A stretch of 64,000 nt of DNA from Terriglobia bacterium (GCA_963666975.2 CAXVYR010000004.1:1088001-1152000), one strand, 5' to 3'. Positions 9,037 to 17,814 are shown, counted from the first letter of the stretch. Notes: generated by a model not told the origin, from the letters alone. Numbers and translations: made by a program.

Positions 9037-10485
9037 GAGGGTGTCCCATACATAGTTGAAGGTTGAACGGCGGTTCGGCCCGAATCGAATAGAATCGGGC
9101 CAAGCCTAAATCCTATAGAAGGAGAACCGCCGAATGAAGGGAAAATATCACGTTTTGGAACTGGGTTCCAAGGGAGCCGAAGAAACCATCCAGAAGTTTT
9201 GCCAAACCAACGGACAGATGCTGTTGCCGGTGGTGGATCTGATCACGGAGGCGCGTCTGGCGGTGGATGAGGTGATTGATCGGGCCGGGCGAGGTTTGAT
9301 TGAAACGATTCTGAGCATGAGCGCAGAGCAAATCGCGGGGCCAAAGAGTCCCGGGAAGGCGAGCGGAGAGGTGCGCTGGCATGGCCGGCAATTGGGGAGG
9401 GTGAAACTGGCCGATCGCCAGCTGCGGGTGGAGCGGCCCCGGCTGCGCCGGAAGGGCGGAGGGGAAGAAGCGGTGCCGGCCTACGAAGCACTGCGGAAAA
9501 GCGAGAAGACGGGCGAGGAGATGTTCGAGGCACTGTTGAAAGGGGTTTCGACGCGGAACTACCGCGAGGTGATCCCGGAGATGGCCAACAGCGCTGGGGT
9601 GTCGAAGTCTCAGGTGAGCCGGGAAGCGGCCGAGCAAGGAGCGCGGCGGCTGGAAGAACTGTTGGCGCGGCGCTGGGAGGAGGTCGAGATTCTGGTGATT
9701 TACCTGGACGGAATGCGGTTCGGCTCCCACCACGTCATCAGCGCCGTGGGCGTGGACATCGAGGGCCGCAAGCATGTGCTGGGGATTCAACTGGGCGCGA
9801 CCGAAAACGCCGCTGCGGTGAAAGACCTTCTCACCCGCCTGCGCCAGCAAGGTTTGCGCACGGATCAGCGCTATCTGTTTGTGATCGACGGCGCCAAAGC
9901 GCTCCGCGCGGGGATCGAGGAAGTATTCGGCAGCAATCAGCTGGTGCAGCGTTGCCGTACTCATAAGCTGCGCAACGTGGCTGAGCGGTTACCAAAGGGC
10001 GACAAAATGCTGGCGAATCAGGTGCGGTCGCTGATGCGCGCCGCCTGGCGATTGCCCCAAGCCGAGGAAGGCATCGTGCGCATAAAAAAGCTCGCTGGGA
10101 TGATCGAGTGCGATCATCCGGCAGCAGCCGCCAGCTTGCGCGAAGGGTTGGAGGAGACCTTTACGATCAATCGAGCCGACGTTCCTCCCAGCCTCCACCG
10201 CTGCCTGGCAACCACGAACCTCATCGAGAGCCCGCAGTCGGGCGTGCGGAAAAAGACTGGCAATGTTTGCCGCTGGCGCGACGGCGAGATGACGTTGCGC
10301 TGGGTGGCAGGAGCGTTTCTGCTGACCGAGAAGAATTTCCGGAAGATCATGGGTTATCACGATCTCTGGGCTTTGGCATCGATTCTCGGCCGAAGTCCAA
10401 ACGCTGCTTCCTCTCACAAGGAGAAAGTGGCGTAATATGAACTCAACCCGCCGTCCCAACCTGCAACTGAGTTTGGGACACCTTC
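9037..10485 (+). mobile_element. IS256-family element, complete
   Basis: IRs GAGGGTGTCCCATACATAGTTG / GAAGGTGTCCCAAACTCAGTTG. 8-bp TSD TCAGGCTC at 9029-9036 and 10486-10493. Confidence 0.95.
9134..10435 (+). CDS. IS256 (Mutator-type) transposase
   Basis: Motifs GVSTRNY, IYLDG, VIDGAKAL, QRCRTHKLRN and TTNLIES. Confidence 0.95.
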   Translation: MKGKYHVLELGSKGAEETIQKFCQTNGQMLLPVVDLITEARLAVDEVIDRAGRGLIETILSMSAEQIAGPKSPGKASGEVRWHGRQLGRVKLADRQLRVERPRLRRKGGGEEAVPAYEALRKSEKTGEEMFEALLKGVSTRNYREVIPEMANSAGVSKSQVSREAAEQGARRLEELLARRWEEVEILVIYLDGMRFGSHHVISAVGVDIEGRKHVLGIQLGATENAAAVKDLLTRLRQQGLRTDQRYLFVIDGAKALRAGIEEVFGSNQLVQRCRTHKLRNVAERLPKGDKMLANQVRSLMRAAWRLPQAEEGIVRIKKLAGMIECDHPAAAASLREGLEETFTINRADVPPSLHRCLATTNLIESPQSGVRKKTGNVCRWRDGEMTLRWVAGAFLLTEKNFRKIMGYHDLWALASILGRSPNAASSHKEKVA

Positions 10486-10506
10486 TCAGGCTCCTCTGGG
10501 TTGATG

Positions 10507-11490
10507 TTAGGCTGCCCTTCTTTTGAAGTGCAACCGTTTTCTTAAGATCATAGTTTTCTCTTTGATGCGATCCCGTTTTTGCAGGATGGCACTGCCTTGG
10601 CCTGTAAAAACGTCATACGGTGTCAGGTTGTTCAGGCTTTCATGGTATCGGTTGGTGTTGTAGTGGTTGACGAAGGCATCGATCTGCCGCTCCAGCTCTT
10701 CTGGCAGGTAATAGTTGTTGAGCAGGATGCGGTCTTTCAGAGTTCGGTGCCAGCGTTCGATCTTGCCCTGCGTCATGGGGTGATAGGGCTTGCCGCGAGT
10801 ATGCGGCACGCTGTTTTCTGCCAGCCATGATTGCAGTTCGGAAGAGACGTAGCACGGCCCGTTGTCGCTCAGGAGGCGAGGTCTGTGCCGGGCGCCCACG
10901 CGGTCGAGGCCGGTGGCTTGCAAAGCATCCCGCAACGTGGCCGAGACGTCACTTGCGCTCATGGTTTTGCACAGCCGCCAGGCGATGATATAGCGCGAGA
11001 AGTCGTCCAGCACCGTGGACAGGTAGAACCAGCCCCAACCGATGACTTTCAGGTAGGTGAAGTCGGTCTGCCAGAGCTGGTTGACCGCCGTGGTCGGGTT
11101 GGCGAACCGTTCCGCCGCTTTCAGGACAATAAAGGCTGGCGCGGTAATCAGGTCATGGCTTTTCAGGACGCGGTAAACCGTCGATTCAGAAAGGTAATAC
11201 CGCCTTTCCTCGGTAAAACGCACCGCCAGCTCGCGTGACGACAGATCGGGCTCGGCCAGGGCTAACGTCACCAACTGCTGAGTTATCTCCTCCGGCACCT
11301 TGTTCCAGACAGGGCCAGGATCGGGTTTTTTGTCTTCCAGCCCATCAAAGCCTTCCGACACATAGCGGTCGTACCAGTTGTAAAACGTCGATCTGGGAAT
11401 GCCAACCTGCTGCAGCGTCCGGCGCACCCCCAGGGCAGATTGCTCCACCGTGCAGATGATCTCCAGCTTCTCCGAGGCAGGGTATCTCAT
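10507..11490 (-). CDS. IS transposase OrfB (HTH + rve DDE)
   Basis: Motifs WQTDFTY, LSDNG and TQGKIERWHRTLK. Confidence 0.93.
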   Translation of the reverse strand: MRYPASEKLEIICTVEQSALGVRRTLQQVGIPRSTFYNWYDRYVSEGFDGLEDKKPDPGPVWNKVPEEITQQLVTLALAEPDLSSRELAVRFTEERRYYLSESTVYRVLKSHDLITAPAFIVLKAAERFANPTTAVNQLWQTDFTYLKVIGWGWFYLSTVLDDFSRYIIAWRLCKTMSASDVSATLRDALQATGLDRVGARHRPRLLSDNGPCYVSSELQSWLAENSVPHTRGKPYHPMTQGKIERWHRTLKDRILLNNYYLPEELERQIDAFVNHYNTNRYHESLNNLTPYDVFTGQGSAILQKRDRIKEKTMILRKRLHFKRRAA

Positions 11491-11858
11491 GTATGTTCCT
11501 CCCCATCCCCGATCACGCTTTTTTTTAGCAGGCGATTTTCCAGCATAGCCTCGGCCAGGGCCTCTTTCAGCTGTACGGCCTGCTCCCGCAGAGTCTTGAC
11601 TTCGCCACTGGTTGCCTCACGGTCTATGTCGCCCGCCAGCCGCTTGCGGCCAGCCTCCAGAAACTCCTTGCTCCAGCGGTAATACTGGTTCTGGTGCAGC
11701 CCCTCGCGGCGGCACAGCTCCGCGATGCTGTCCTCGCCGCGAAGTCCCTGCAATACAATGCGGATTTTGTCTTCCGGGCTGAACCTGCGCCGCGTCCTGC
11801 GTTTGATCTCCCGGACGGCCTTCTCGACCGCCCCCCTGTCGTCTTGTTTTTGTCTCAT
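11487..11858 (-). CDS. IS transposase OrfA (HTH)
   Basis: RRRFSPEDKIRIVL...SIAELCRREG. Its stop overlaps the OrfB start (ATGA). Confidence 0.9.
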   Translation of the reverse strand: MRQKQDDRGAVEKAVREIKRRTRRRFSPEDKIRIVLQGLRGEDSIAELCRREGLHQNQYYRWSKEFLEAGRKRLAGDIDREATSGEVKTLREQAVQLKEALAEAMLENRLLKKSVIGDGEEHT

Positions 11859-12654
11859 CTTCGTTCCTTTCAGTCTCTACGATGAGCCAAAAACATCACC
11901 TTAACTATTACCCTCTACCTGTCCAACAAGCCCTGACGGGGCACAACCGCATAGTACCAAGTGGTCCCAATTGGAAAACAAGGGAATATGCTCTTTTCCC
12001 CGCATTGGCTTTACCAGTCGTGACTAAAAGTGATTTTGCATGTCCAGCGGAGCACCTAGATGTATTGCAGGAATTTATTCCAAATGTAACGAAATTAATG
12101 GTGATCGGGTGGCGTGCAAGAGACGAAGCTTTTCTCCGCTTACTTGCGAGCAAAATTCAAAACAATCTACGGGTGATGGTTGTCGCGGGAAATCCAGTAT
12201 CTGCACGAGAGGTAATTCAAAATCTCAAAAATCAGGGTATAAGAGGGGATTATTCATCGACTTCTGGTGGATTTACCGAAATGATCCTCAATCACCAGGC
12301 GGAAGATTTTTTGCGAAGCGGGTAGCCACGGTGAGAGCTTTACTCGTCGTGAGCATTTCTTCAGCTTCCTTTTGGCTCGATTCCAACAAGCCCCGCAAGC
12401 GTTTGCCAATGCCGTGGATGCGGAACCCGCCTGCCAGCACGAATAGTCACGGCGTAAGGCTCAGAGACCCCAAGTGTTGATGACAAGATTGAGAGGGTGA
12501 CCCCTGCAAGACGGGGCTGTATCTGTTCGAGATATTCCTTTTCAGTAAGCCCGGCGGGGTATCCAGACTTTTTCCAGGTGCGCTGTGCGGCGGCATGGCG
12601 GCGCTGTGTGTTTGCCCGACGGGCCTGAGCCTCGGCATTTACAAACCCACGGCA

Positions 12655-12699
12655 AATTGAACTGCAAATTTGCCGTGGCTACCACTTAAGCCGCCCCAA
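12655..12699 (-). pseudogene. hicA: hicA toxin remnant (internally deleted)
   Basis: Overlapping the hicB end, the minus strand gives (L)GRLK followed out of frame by SGSHGKF, the HicA GSH motif. The rest of the gene is missing. Confidence 0.45.
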
Positions 12700-12892
12700 T
12701 CTCAACCTCGACCATGCGAACCTTTGGAGGGCGTGTGGCTTGTGGCGGCTCAAAGTACAATTCCAGCGCTTCTTGCAGGTTTGCGAGGGCTTCTTCTTCC
12801 GTCTCTCCCTGGCTCGTTACATCGACCTCCAAACACTGGGAGACAAACCAGTCTCCTTCGCGCCAGACGGTAGCAGCAAATGAACGCTTCAT
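12686..12892 (-). CDS. hicB: HicB-family antitoxin
   Basis: MKRSFAATVWREGDWFVSQCLEVDVTSQGETEEEALANLQEALELYFE, with an AGGAGG RBS. Confidence 0.9.
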   Translation of the reverse strand: MKRSFAATVWREGDWFVSQCLEVDVTSQGETEEEALANLQEALELYFEPPQATRPPKVRMVEVEIGAA

Positions 12893-12961
12893 GCCCTCCT
12901 TTTTCGCACACCCCATCGGAGTTCGCCTAGCCCGGAAGCGACTCGGTAGCGTGGCAGCCAT

Positions 12962-13072
12962 GGCCCGCCGAACCGAAAGTCCTCTGGATCGCAGGCTGGT
13001 GAGCGTTTTTCCCTCGACTTCTCCCTCGGTTTCGCTCGGGACAAGTCTCGCCTTGGGTCTTTCGGCGGCGTT
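12962..13072. repeat. 'B' arm copy 1 (interrupted by a ~40-bp REP-like insert at 13011-13047)
   Basis: GGCCCGCCGAACCGAAAGTCCTCTGGATCGCAGGCTGGTGAGCG...TCGCCTTGGGTCTTTCGGCGGCGTT matches 16666-16740. Confidence 0.88.
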
Positions 13073-14637
13073 TACTTTGAAGTGATCAGCAAATGTGCAT
13101 AGGTAAAACTATCCACAAGAGCTTTCCAGCTGGCGTCGACGATATTCCCATCGACTCCAACTGTTCCATAGCTTTTTTCGCCGATCACCGATTCAATCAG
13201 CACTCTTACCTTTGCCGCCGTTCCCCTTTGCTCTGGAATGATCCTGACCTTATAGTCCTCCAGCTTAATCTCCCCCAGCTCCGGATACTTGCTCACCAGC
13301 GCTGCCCTTAAGGCTAGGTCTAAGGCATTTACAGGACCATCTCCATAAGCCATTTTTGTAACTTCCTCGCCGCCGACCTTGATCCTGACGATAGCGCACG
13401 ACTCGGAGCTAACTGATTCTTTTCTGGCAACCTCAACGCGATATTCTAACAAGTTAAATATTTCCGTATGTTCGCCTTTGATGCTCCTTACGAGCAAATC
13501 CAGCGACGCATCCGCCGCCTCAAACGTGTAACCCTGGTGCTCCAGGCTTTTAATCTTGTTGACCACCTTGCGGGCAAGCGAATCTCCCTTTCGAATGCCG
13601 AATCCCTCCAAGGCTTCTATATGCGCTGTCCCAGCCAAATCAGAAACCAGAAACTGTCTTCTATTCCCTACCACTTCCGGATTGATATGCTCATATAATC
13701 CGGAGTTTTTCAGGACGGCGTCCACGTGAACTCCGCCTTTATGGGCAAAGGCGGAATCTCCAACATAAGGCTGCTGGCTGGCCGCCGGCAAATTCGCTAT
13801 CTCATAAACGAATCTTGCCAGCGCCCTTAATCCCGATACATCAATATTTCCTTTCGTTGGGGTGCCGTTTTTAAATAAATTGGCGATGGAGGTGATTAAG
13901 TCGGCATTTCCGACCCTTTCGCCAATGCCATTGATAGTGCCCTGCGCCATCTCCACGCCTTCATAAACCGCCACCAGGCTGTTTGCCACCCCGTAGCCAA
14001 TATCGTTATGCGCGTGAATTCCCAACCTCGCATCGGGCAACTCTTTTTTTACCTGCCGGATCATGTCCGCGACGGCAAGAAAGTCCGTTCCGCCGTTTGT
14101 GTCGCATAGCACTATGTGCTGGGCTCCCGACGAATGCGCAGCATGCAACGTGCTGATGGCGTAGTCCTGATCCAATTGGAAGCCATCAAAAAAATGCTCC
14201 GCATCATAAATCACGTCTTTCCCGCGGCTTCGCAGATATGCAATGGAATCGGAAATCATTCGCAGATTTTCCTCCGGCTTGGTTAGTAGAGCCTCTCTGA
14301 CATGGAATGTGGAACTCTTGCCGAAGATGGTTACAGTTTGCGTGTCAGCTTCAATGAGCAACTTCAAATTGGCATCATCTTCCGGATTAACGCCTTTTTT
14401 GCGAGTACTCCCGAAAGCCGCAACCCGAGCGTATTTTATTGGAACATCTTTTATTCGATGAAAAAACTCGATATCTTTCGGATTGGAACCGGGCCATCCG
14501 CCCTCAATATAATCGAAGCGCAAATCATCCAGCCTCTTGGCTATTTGCACCTTGTCGTCGGCGGAAAACGAGATGCCATTGCCTTGGGTTCCATCTCTCA
14601 ACGTTGTGTCATAAATTAGGATTGGTGTTTTTTGCAA
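13072..14637 (-). CDS. cimA: Citramalate synthase (CimA/LeuA-related, with regulatory domain)
   Basis: YDTTLRDGTQ, IEGGWPGSNPKD, YDAEHFFDG, HAHND, FAHKGGVH, GDGPVNALD. Lower GC than the core genes. Confidence 0.9.
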   Translation of the reverse strand: MQKTPILIYDTTLRDGTQGNGISFSADDKVQIAKRLDDLRFDYIEGGWPGSNPKDIEFFHRIKDVPIKYARVAAFGSTRKKGVNPEDDANLKLLIEADTQTVTIFGKSSTFHVREALLTKPEENLRMISDSIAYLRSRGKDVIYDAEHFFDGFQLDQDYAISTLHAAHSSGAQHIVLCDTNGGTDFLAVADMIRQVKKELPDARLGIHAHNDIGYGVANSLVAVYEGVEMAQGTINGIGERVGNADLITSIANLFKNGTPTKGNIDVSGLRALARFVYEIANLPAASQQPYVGDSAFAHKGGVHVDAVLKNSGLYEHINPEVVGNRRQFLVSDLAGTAHIEALEGFGIRKGDSLARKVVNKIKSLEHQGYTFEAADASLDLLVRSIKGEHTEIFNLLEYRVEVARKESVSSESCAIVRIKVGGEEVTKMAYGDGPVNALDLALRAALVSKYPELGEIKLEDYKVRIIPEQRGTAAKVRVLIESVIGEKSYGTVGVDGNIVDASWKALVDSFTYAHLLITSK

Positions 14638-14737
14638 TGTCGTTCCTTATTTCTTATTGTAACTTCGCTTTGATGGCAAATCCCCGGCCAGGCCATTTTC
14701 GTTCATGGCCCAACCTCACCTTGCGAGGCCCACGAGT

Positions 14738-14798
14738 CTCAACCGGAATTAGTTTTTTGACTCTCCGGCGGTCGCCAGTATACACCCGTCTTGCTCCC
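14738..14798 (-). mobile_element. Isolated IS1380-family right-end remnant pointing at cimA
   Basis: Minus strand GGGTGTATACT...AAAAAACTAATTCCGG resembles the IS1380 right ends at 53470-53492 and 36560-36603. Confidence 0.7.
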
Positions 14799-14799
14799 G

Positions 14800-14926
14800 A
14801 GGGGGGTGTGGGCCAGAAACAGGGGGGTAGCACTTTTTCCTTTTGTATAGCCTACCCCATCAACCATTTGGCATTTGGGGGGGGGGGGGTGAGCACTATA
14901 CCCCCCGATTGTTAGCCCACCCCCCT
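14800..14926. repeat. 'A' motif copy 2 (14860-14926) plus an inverted partial copy (14800-14829)
   Basis: TCAACCATTTGGC..GGGGTGAGCACTATACCCCCC..CCCACCCCCC matches 8075-8128. AGGGGGGTGTGGGCCAGAAACAGGGGGGTA matches the reverse complement of 8100-8129. Confidence 0.85.
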
Positions 14927-15147
14927 TGCAGCAGCTAAAATCAGGTCACCTATTGTCACTCGGGAGGCTTGCTTTGGGCTACGGAGGAAATGTGCTTGGG
15001 AACGCGACGGGCTGCCCATAGGAAAAACCGGATGGCAAACCGAATTGATGCTGTCCGGAGTTGCTGGCACCGTTGCAGTTTCAGTTTGTGATAAGGCAGG
15101 TGGGGAATTTTTATCCGGCGCTCTACAGATTCTCCCAATTATCTTCA

Positions 15148-15834
15148 TTATCTTCGCGGCGCTGCGGTGGTTTTGCCGAAGAGCCGGAAGCGGTAGTTTT
15201 TGGTGTCGTAGGTGATCCGCATGAGCGTCAGCAAGAGCAGCGCTGTCAGGAAAAGAAGCCCGGCATAGAGCATCTGCGGAATTCGAACCGGCAGCCAAGC
15301 CATCCAGACGAAAGCCCGTTCGAGTTTCCGGAGATCGGCAACAAAGCGGTCACGCCGTTTCGCCCAGCGGTAGCGTGTGACGTGGTTCACCCAGCGATAG
15401 CTGATTGTGTGGTAGCGCAATTCCAGGTGCGCCCGCAGGTGCGCCTGATTCTCCTGGTCGAGCCAGAACCCGTCACCATTTTCATTGAAAACAAAAAAAC
15501 GCCTGGGGCGCATCACCAGCAAAGCAAAGGCCCGGCAGAGACTTAATTTGAATTCCCCTGTGGCGAAGATCACAACCAAATCATATTCTTTTCGCGCTTT
15601 CCACTCGAGACGGAGACCGCCGAGCAAGCGTTTTACCCGGAAAGTGTTGCGGAACCCGAATCCAGACCGCGCCGTCTTTGCCAGCAGGTCGAAGGTCAGG
15701 AGCGGGAATACATCCCGCAACTTGGCGTAAGCACAGGAGGCCGTATCGGCGGAAGCAGATTCGATGATCAGGCCTTTTCCAGACCACCGGTCAAATGGCG
15801 AACCCTGGAATGTGTAGCGAAAGTTTGGAAACAT
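15148..15834 (-). CDS. Hypothetical membrane protein
   Basis: ORF starts immediately after the methyltransferase stop, has a C-terminal TM and a 'FVFNENGDGFWLD' segment. Confidence 0.65.
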   Translation of the reverse strand: MFPNFRYTFQGSPFDRWSGKGLIIESASADTASCAYAKLRDVFPLLTFDLLAKTARSGFGFRNTFRVKRLLGGLRLEWKARKEYDLVVIFATGEFKLSLCRAFALLVMRPRRFFVFNENGDGFWLDQENQAHLRAHLELRYHTISYRWVNHVTRYRWAKRRDRFVADLRKLERAFVWMAWLPVRIPQMLYAGLLFLTALLLLTLMRITYDTKNYRFRLFGKTTAAPRR

Positions 15835-15835
15835 G

Positions 15836-16576
15836 TCAGGGCGCCACCAGAATGTTATCAAAGGAACAGACAGGGCACTTCCACAACCCATTCGATCCAG
15901 CGGAATATTCCGAAATCGGGGCGCCGCATTGGGAGCAGACAACGTGAATCTGCTGATAGCCCCGCTGTTCTCCGAGGCGGAACAGCAGAAGATAGTCGTT
16001 CGCCTCCAGCGGATTGTTTCCCGTGGCCCGGCGCCATGTCCGAAAACTTCGATAGATTAGACGCCGGATCAAGTTGCCGAGAGGAACGTCCCGCAGCCAT
16101 GTGAATCCGCCTGGCGCAAGCCCCATTCCCTCCAGCTTGAAGCTGCTTTGCTGGTAAACCAGCGAGATGAATGTATCGAACCCATATAACTGAATGTGCC
16201 CGCCGCCTTTGAAGGTAAATCGGTAAAGACGGTCCTCCAGGCTGCTGGATCGCGGGATGGCGATGTAAAGCAGACCGCCGGGCCGTATGACTCGATTCAG
16301 TTCGCGCAGTGCAGAACGCGGATCGCGGAAATGCTCGAACACATAACCGCAGATGGCCGCGTCAAAGGCGGAACTGGCCCAGGGCAGTTGTTCGGCTTCG
16401 GCCCGGACGATCCAGGCATTGGGAGGCCATGAGCCGGATTCCGTATGCGCAAACTGTTCCGTGCCGAAAAACCGCAGCTGCGGAAAGCGGGTGTAGGACA
16501 CCGTGCCGGAGCCGCATCCCAGGTCCAGCACGCACGCACCAGCGGGAAGCTGCGCCAAGGGGAGAAAATTATTCAT
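15836..16576 (-). CDS. Class I SAM-dependent methyltransferase with C-terminal Zn-ribbon
   Basis: VLDLGCGSG, AEQLPW..FD, VFEHF, RVIRPGG, then CSQC...CPVC. Confidence 0.88.
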   Translation of the reverse strand: MNNFLPLAQLPAGACVLDLGCGSGTVSYTRFPQLRFFGTEQFAHTESGSWPPNAWIVRAEAEQLPWASSAFDAAICGYVFEHFRDPRSALRELNRVIRPGGLLYIAIPRSSSLEDRLYRFTFKGGGHIQLYGFDTFISLVYQQSSFKLEGMGLAPGGFTWLRDVPLGNLIRRLIYRSFRTWRRATGNNPLEANDYLLLFRLGEQRGYQQIHVVCSQCGAPISEYSAGSNGLWKCPVCSFDNILVAP

Positions 16577-16665
16577 CTGCCGGCACCTTGTCTCACCACG
16601 AAAGCAAAGAATCTGAGATTAGGCGATGGGCGTGCTTCAAGTCAACCCTGCAAGCGGATAGCAAC

Positions 16666-16740
16666 GGCCCGCCGTACCGAAGGTCCTCTGGACCGCAGGC
16701 TGGTGAGCGCTTTTTTCGCCGTGGGCATTTAGGCGACGTT
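16666..16740. repeat. 'B' arm copy 2
   Basis: Matches 12962-13072 without the REP insert and ends in GGCGACGTT. Confidence 0.88.
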
Positions 16741-16914
16741 GCCTGCTGCCAGCACCGTGAACAGTTGCAGGTTCGGCTCGGCGACTATACCTTGTTGTTG
16801 CCCTTGCAGCGACACCACTCCCGGTGACACTGCCCCCAGCCACAACACAAAGCCATACAAGAAGATAGGAGGGAATTTGCGAATTCTCAAAGGGCCTGAT
16901 TGCCTTTCGGCCAC
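16729..16914 (-). pseudogene. Duplicated, truncated 5' end (61 codons) of the TPR gene 6420-8018
   Basis: MAERQSGPLRIRKFPPIFLYGFVLWLGA...PNLQLFTVLAAGNVA* is nearly identical to the N-terminus of 6420-8018. Confidence 0.92.
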
Positions 16915-17024
16915 CAGAATCGATGGCCAATTGCTACATCATTACAGTCTAGGAAATCGGGGTCCGCAGGCAACCGTTTGGCGGGGGTGAGCACAATACC
17001 TCCCCTGAAGTTACCCCACCCCCC
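16732..17024. repeat. Direct repeat copy 2 (TPR 5' end + degenerate promoter TTGCCT-16-TAGACT + 'A' motif copy 3)
   Basis: Aligns with 7818-8128. Confidence 0.92.
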
Positions 17025-17245
17025 TGGTCTGGGGATGCCGGTGCCAAGCGGTGAGAAATGTGGCTATAACTCAGGCCAATGGCGTACACTTGCTAGCAGC
17101 GGGAGGACACAGCGAATAATCCTGGCAAACCAACCGCCATGGCACCCCCATGGCTCATTCAATCTTGGATTGACCGATGAGCCATCTCCCAAATGTTTCG
17201 GGGACACATGAAAGTAAGATTGGACATTCCTCATTAGGAGGAACA

Positions 17246-17814
17246 ATGAACGCGATGAGAACATCCATCTTAGCCGGCTTACTCATTGCTCTGGTACCCG
17301 TTGCTTACGCTCAAGAGATTGAGCCTGATCAACAGTACTTATTACTTGCTACAACAAAAACATCCACGATGCAGAAAGAACTCGATGAGGCCTCCTCGCA
17401 AGGTTTCAGGGTCGTGGTAGGTTCGCCGACCAGTGGCAAGGAAATGGCATTGCTGCTCGAGCGGGTGACCCACCCGCACCTCCAAAAATTTACACCTACC
17501 AACTGCTCGCGACTACTCGCACGAGCACCATGCAGAAAGAACTCGATGAGGCTGCCTCAGAGGGGTTTCGCCTGCTACCAAATACCATGATTGCGAAAGA
17601 TCGGATGTTTGGCGACGAGGAAATTGTGGTCATATTGGAACGGGAGCCGAACGCAACCAAACGCTACTCCTACAAGCTTCTCGCTACAAGTAGGACTGGA
17701 ACATTGCAAAATGAAATTTCGGAAGCAGAGGCGGACGGATATGTTGTGGCAGGAATGGTCAGCCGTGGTGAGCACATGGTCATATTGGAGAAGGAATCCC
17801 CCGGGCGCGAGTGA
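17246..17814 (+). pseudogene. Exported protein with three internal repeats, 1-nt frameshift near 17470
   Basis: AGGAGG RBS and signal peptide. The repeat Y.LLAT..TSTMQKELDEA..EG[FY] occurs three times across two frames. Length is 569 nt (3n+2). Confidence 0.75.

Larger units (their letters stand above)
8975..11945 (-). mobile_element. IS3/IS481-like DDE insertion sequence (orfA/orfB), carrying a nested IS256
   Basis: Imperfect 26-bp IRs TGTACGTCGTCAGATAATGTTGGACA / TGTGCCCCGTCAGGGCTTGTTGGACA. 9-bp direct repeat ACCGCATAG at 8966-8974 and 11946-11954. Confidence 0.92.
8329..12325 (+). pseudogene. SIR2-like (SIR2_2) protein, 338 aa when rejoined (8329-8974 + 11955-12325), interrupted by nested IS
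   Basis: Motifs VFGAGASYD, TFNYDTLLE and IKLHGSVNW. Removing the IS and one 9-bp TSD restores the frame (QRYRIV-PSGPNWK...PALALPV...VIGW), 1017 nt in total. GC content is lower than the flanks. Confidence 0.88.

Noticed and set aside
16660-16745. B arm as an integron attC site (GCAAC...GTTGC)
   Set aside because: L'/L'' boxes do not pair at canonical spacing, copy 1 lacks the AAC, and there is no intI. Kept as a non-attC arm.
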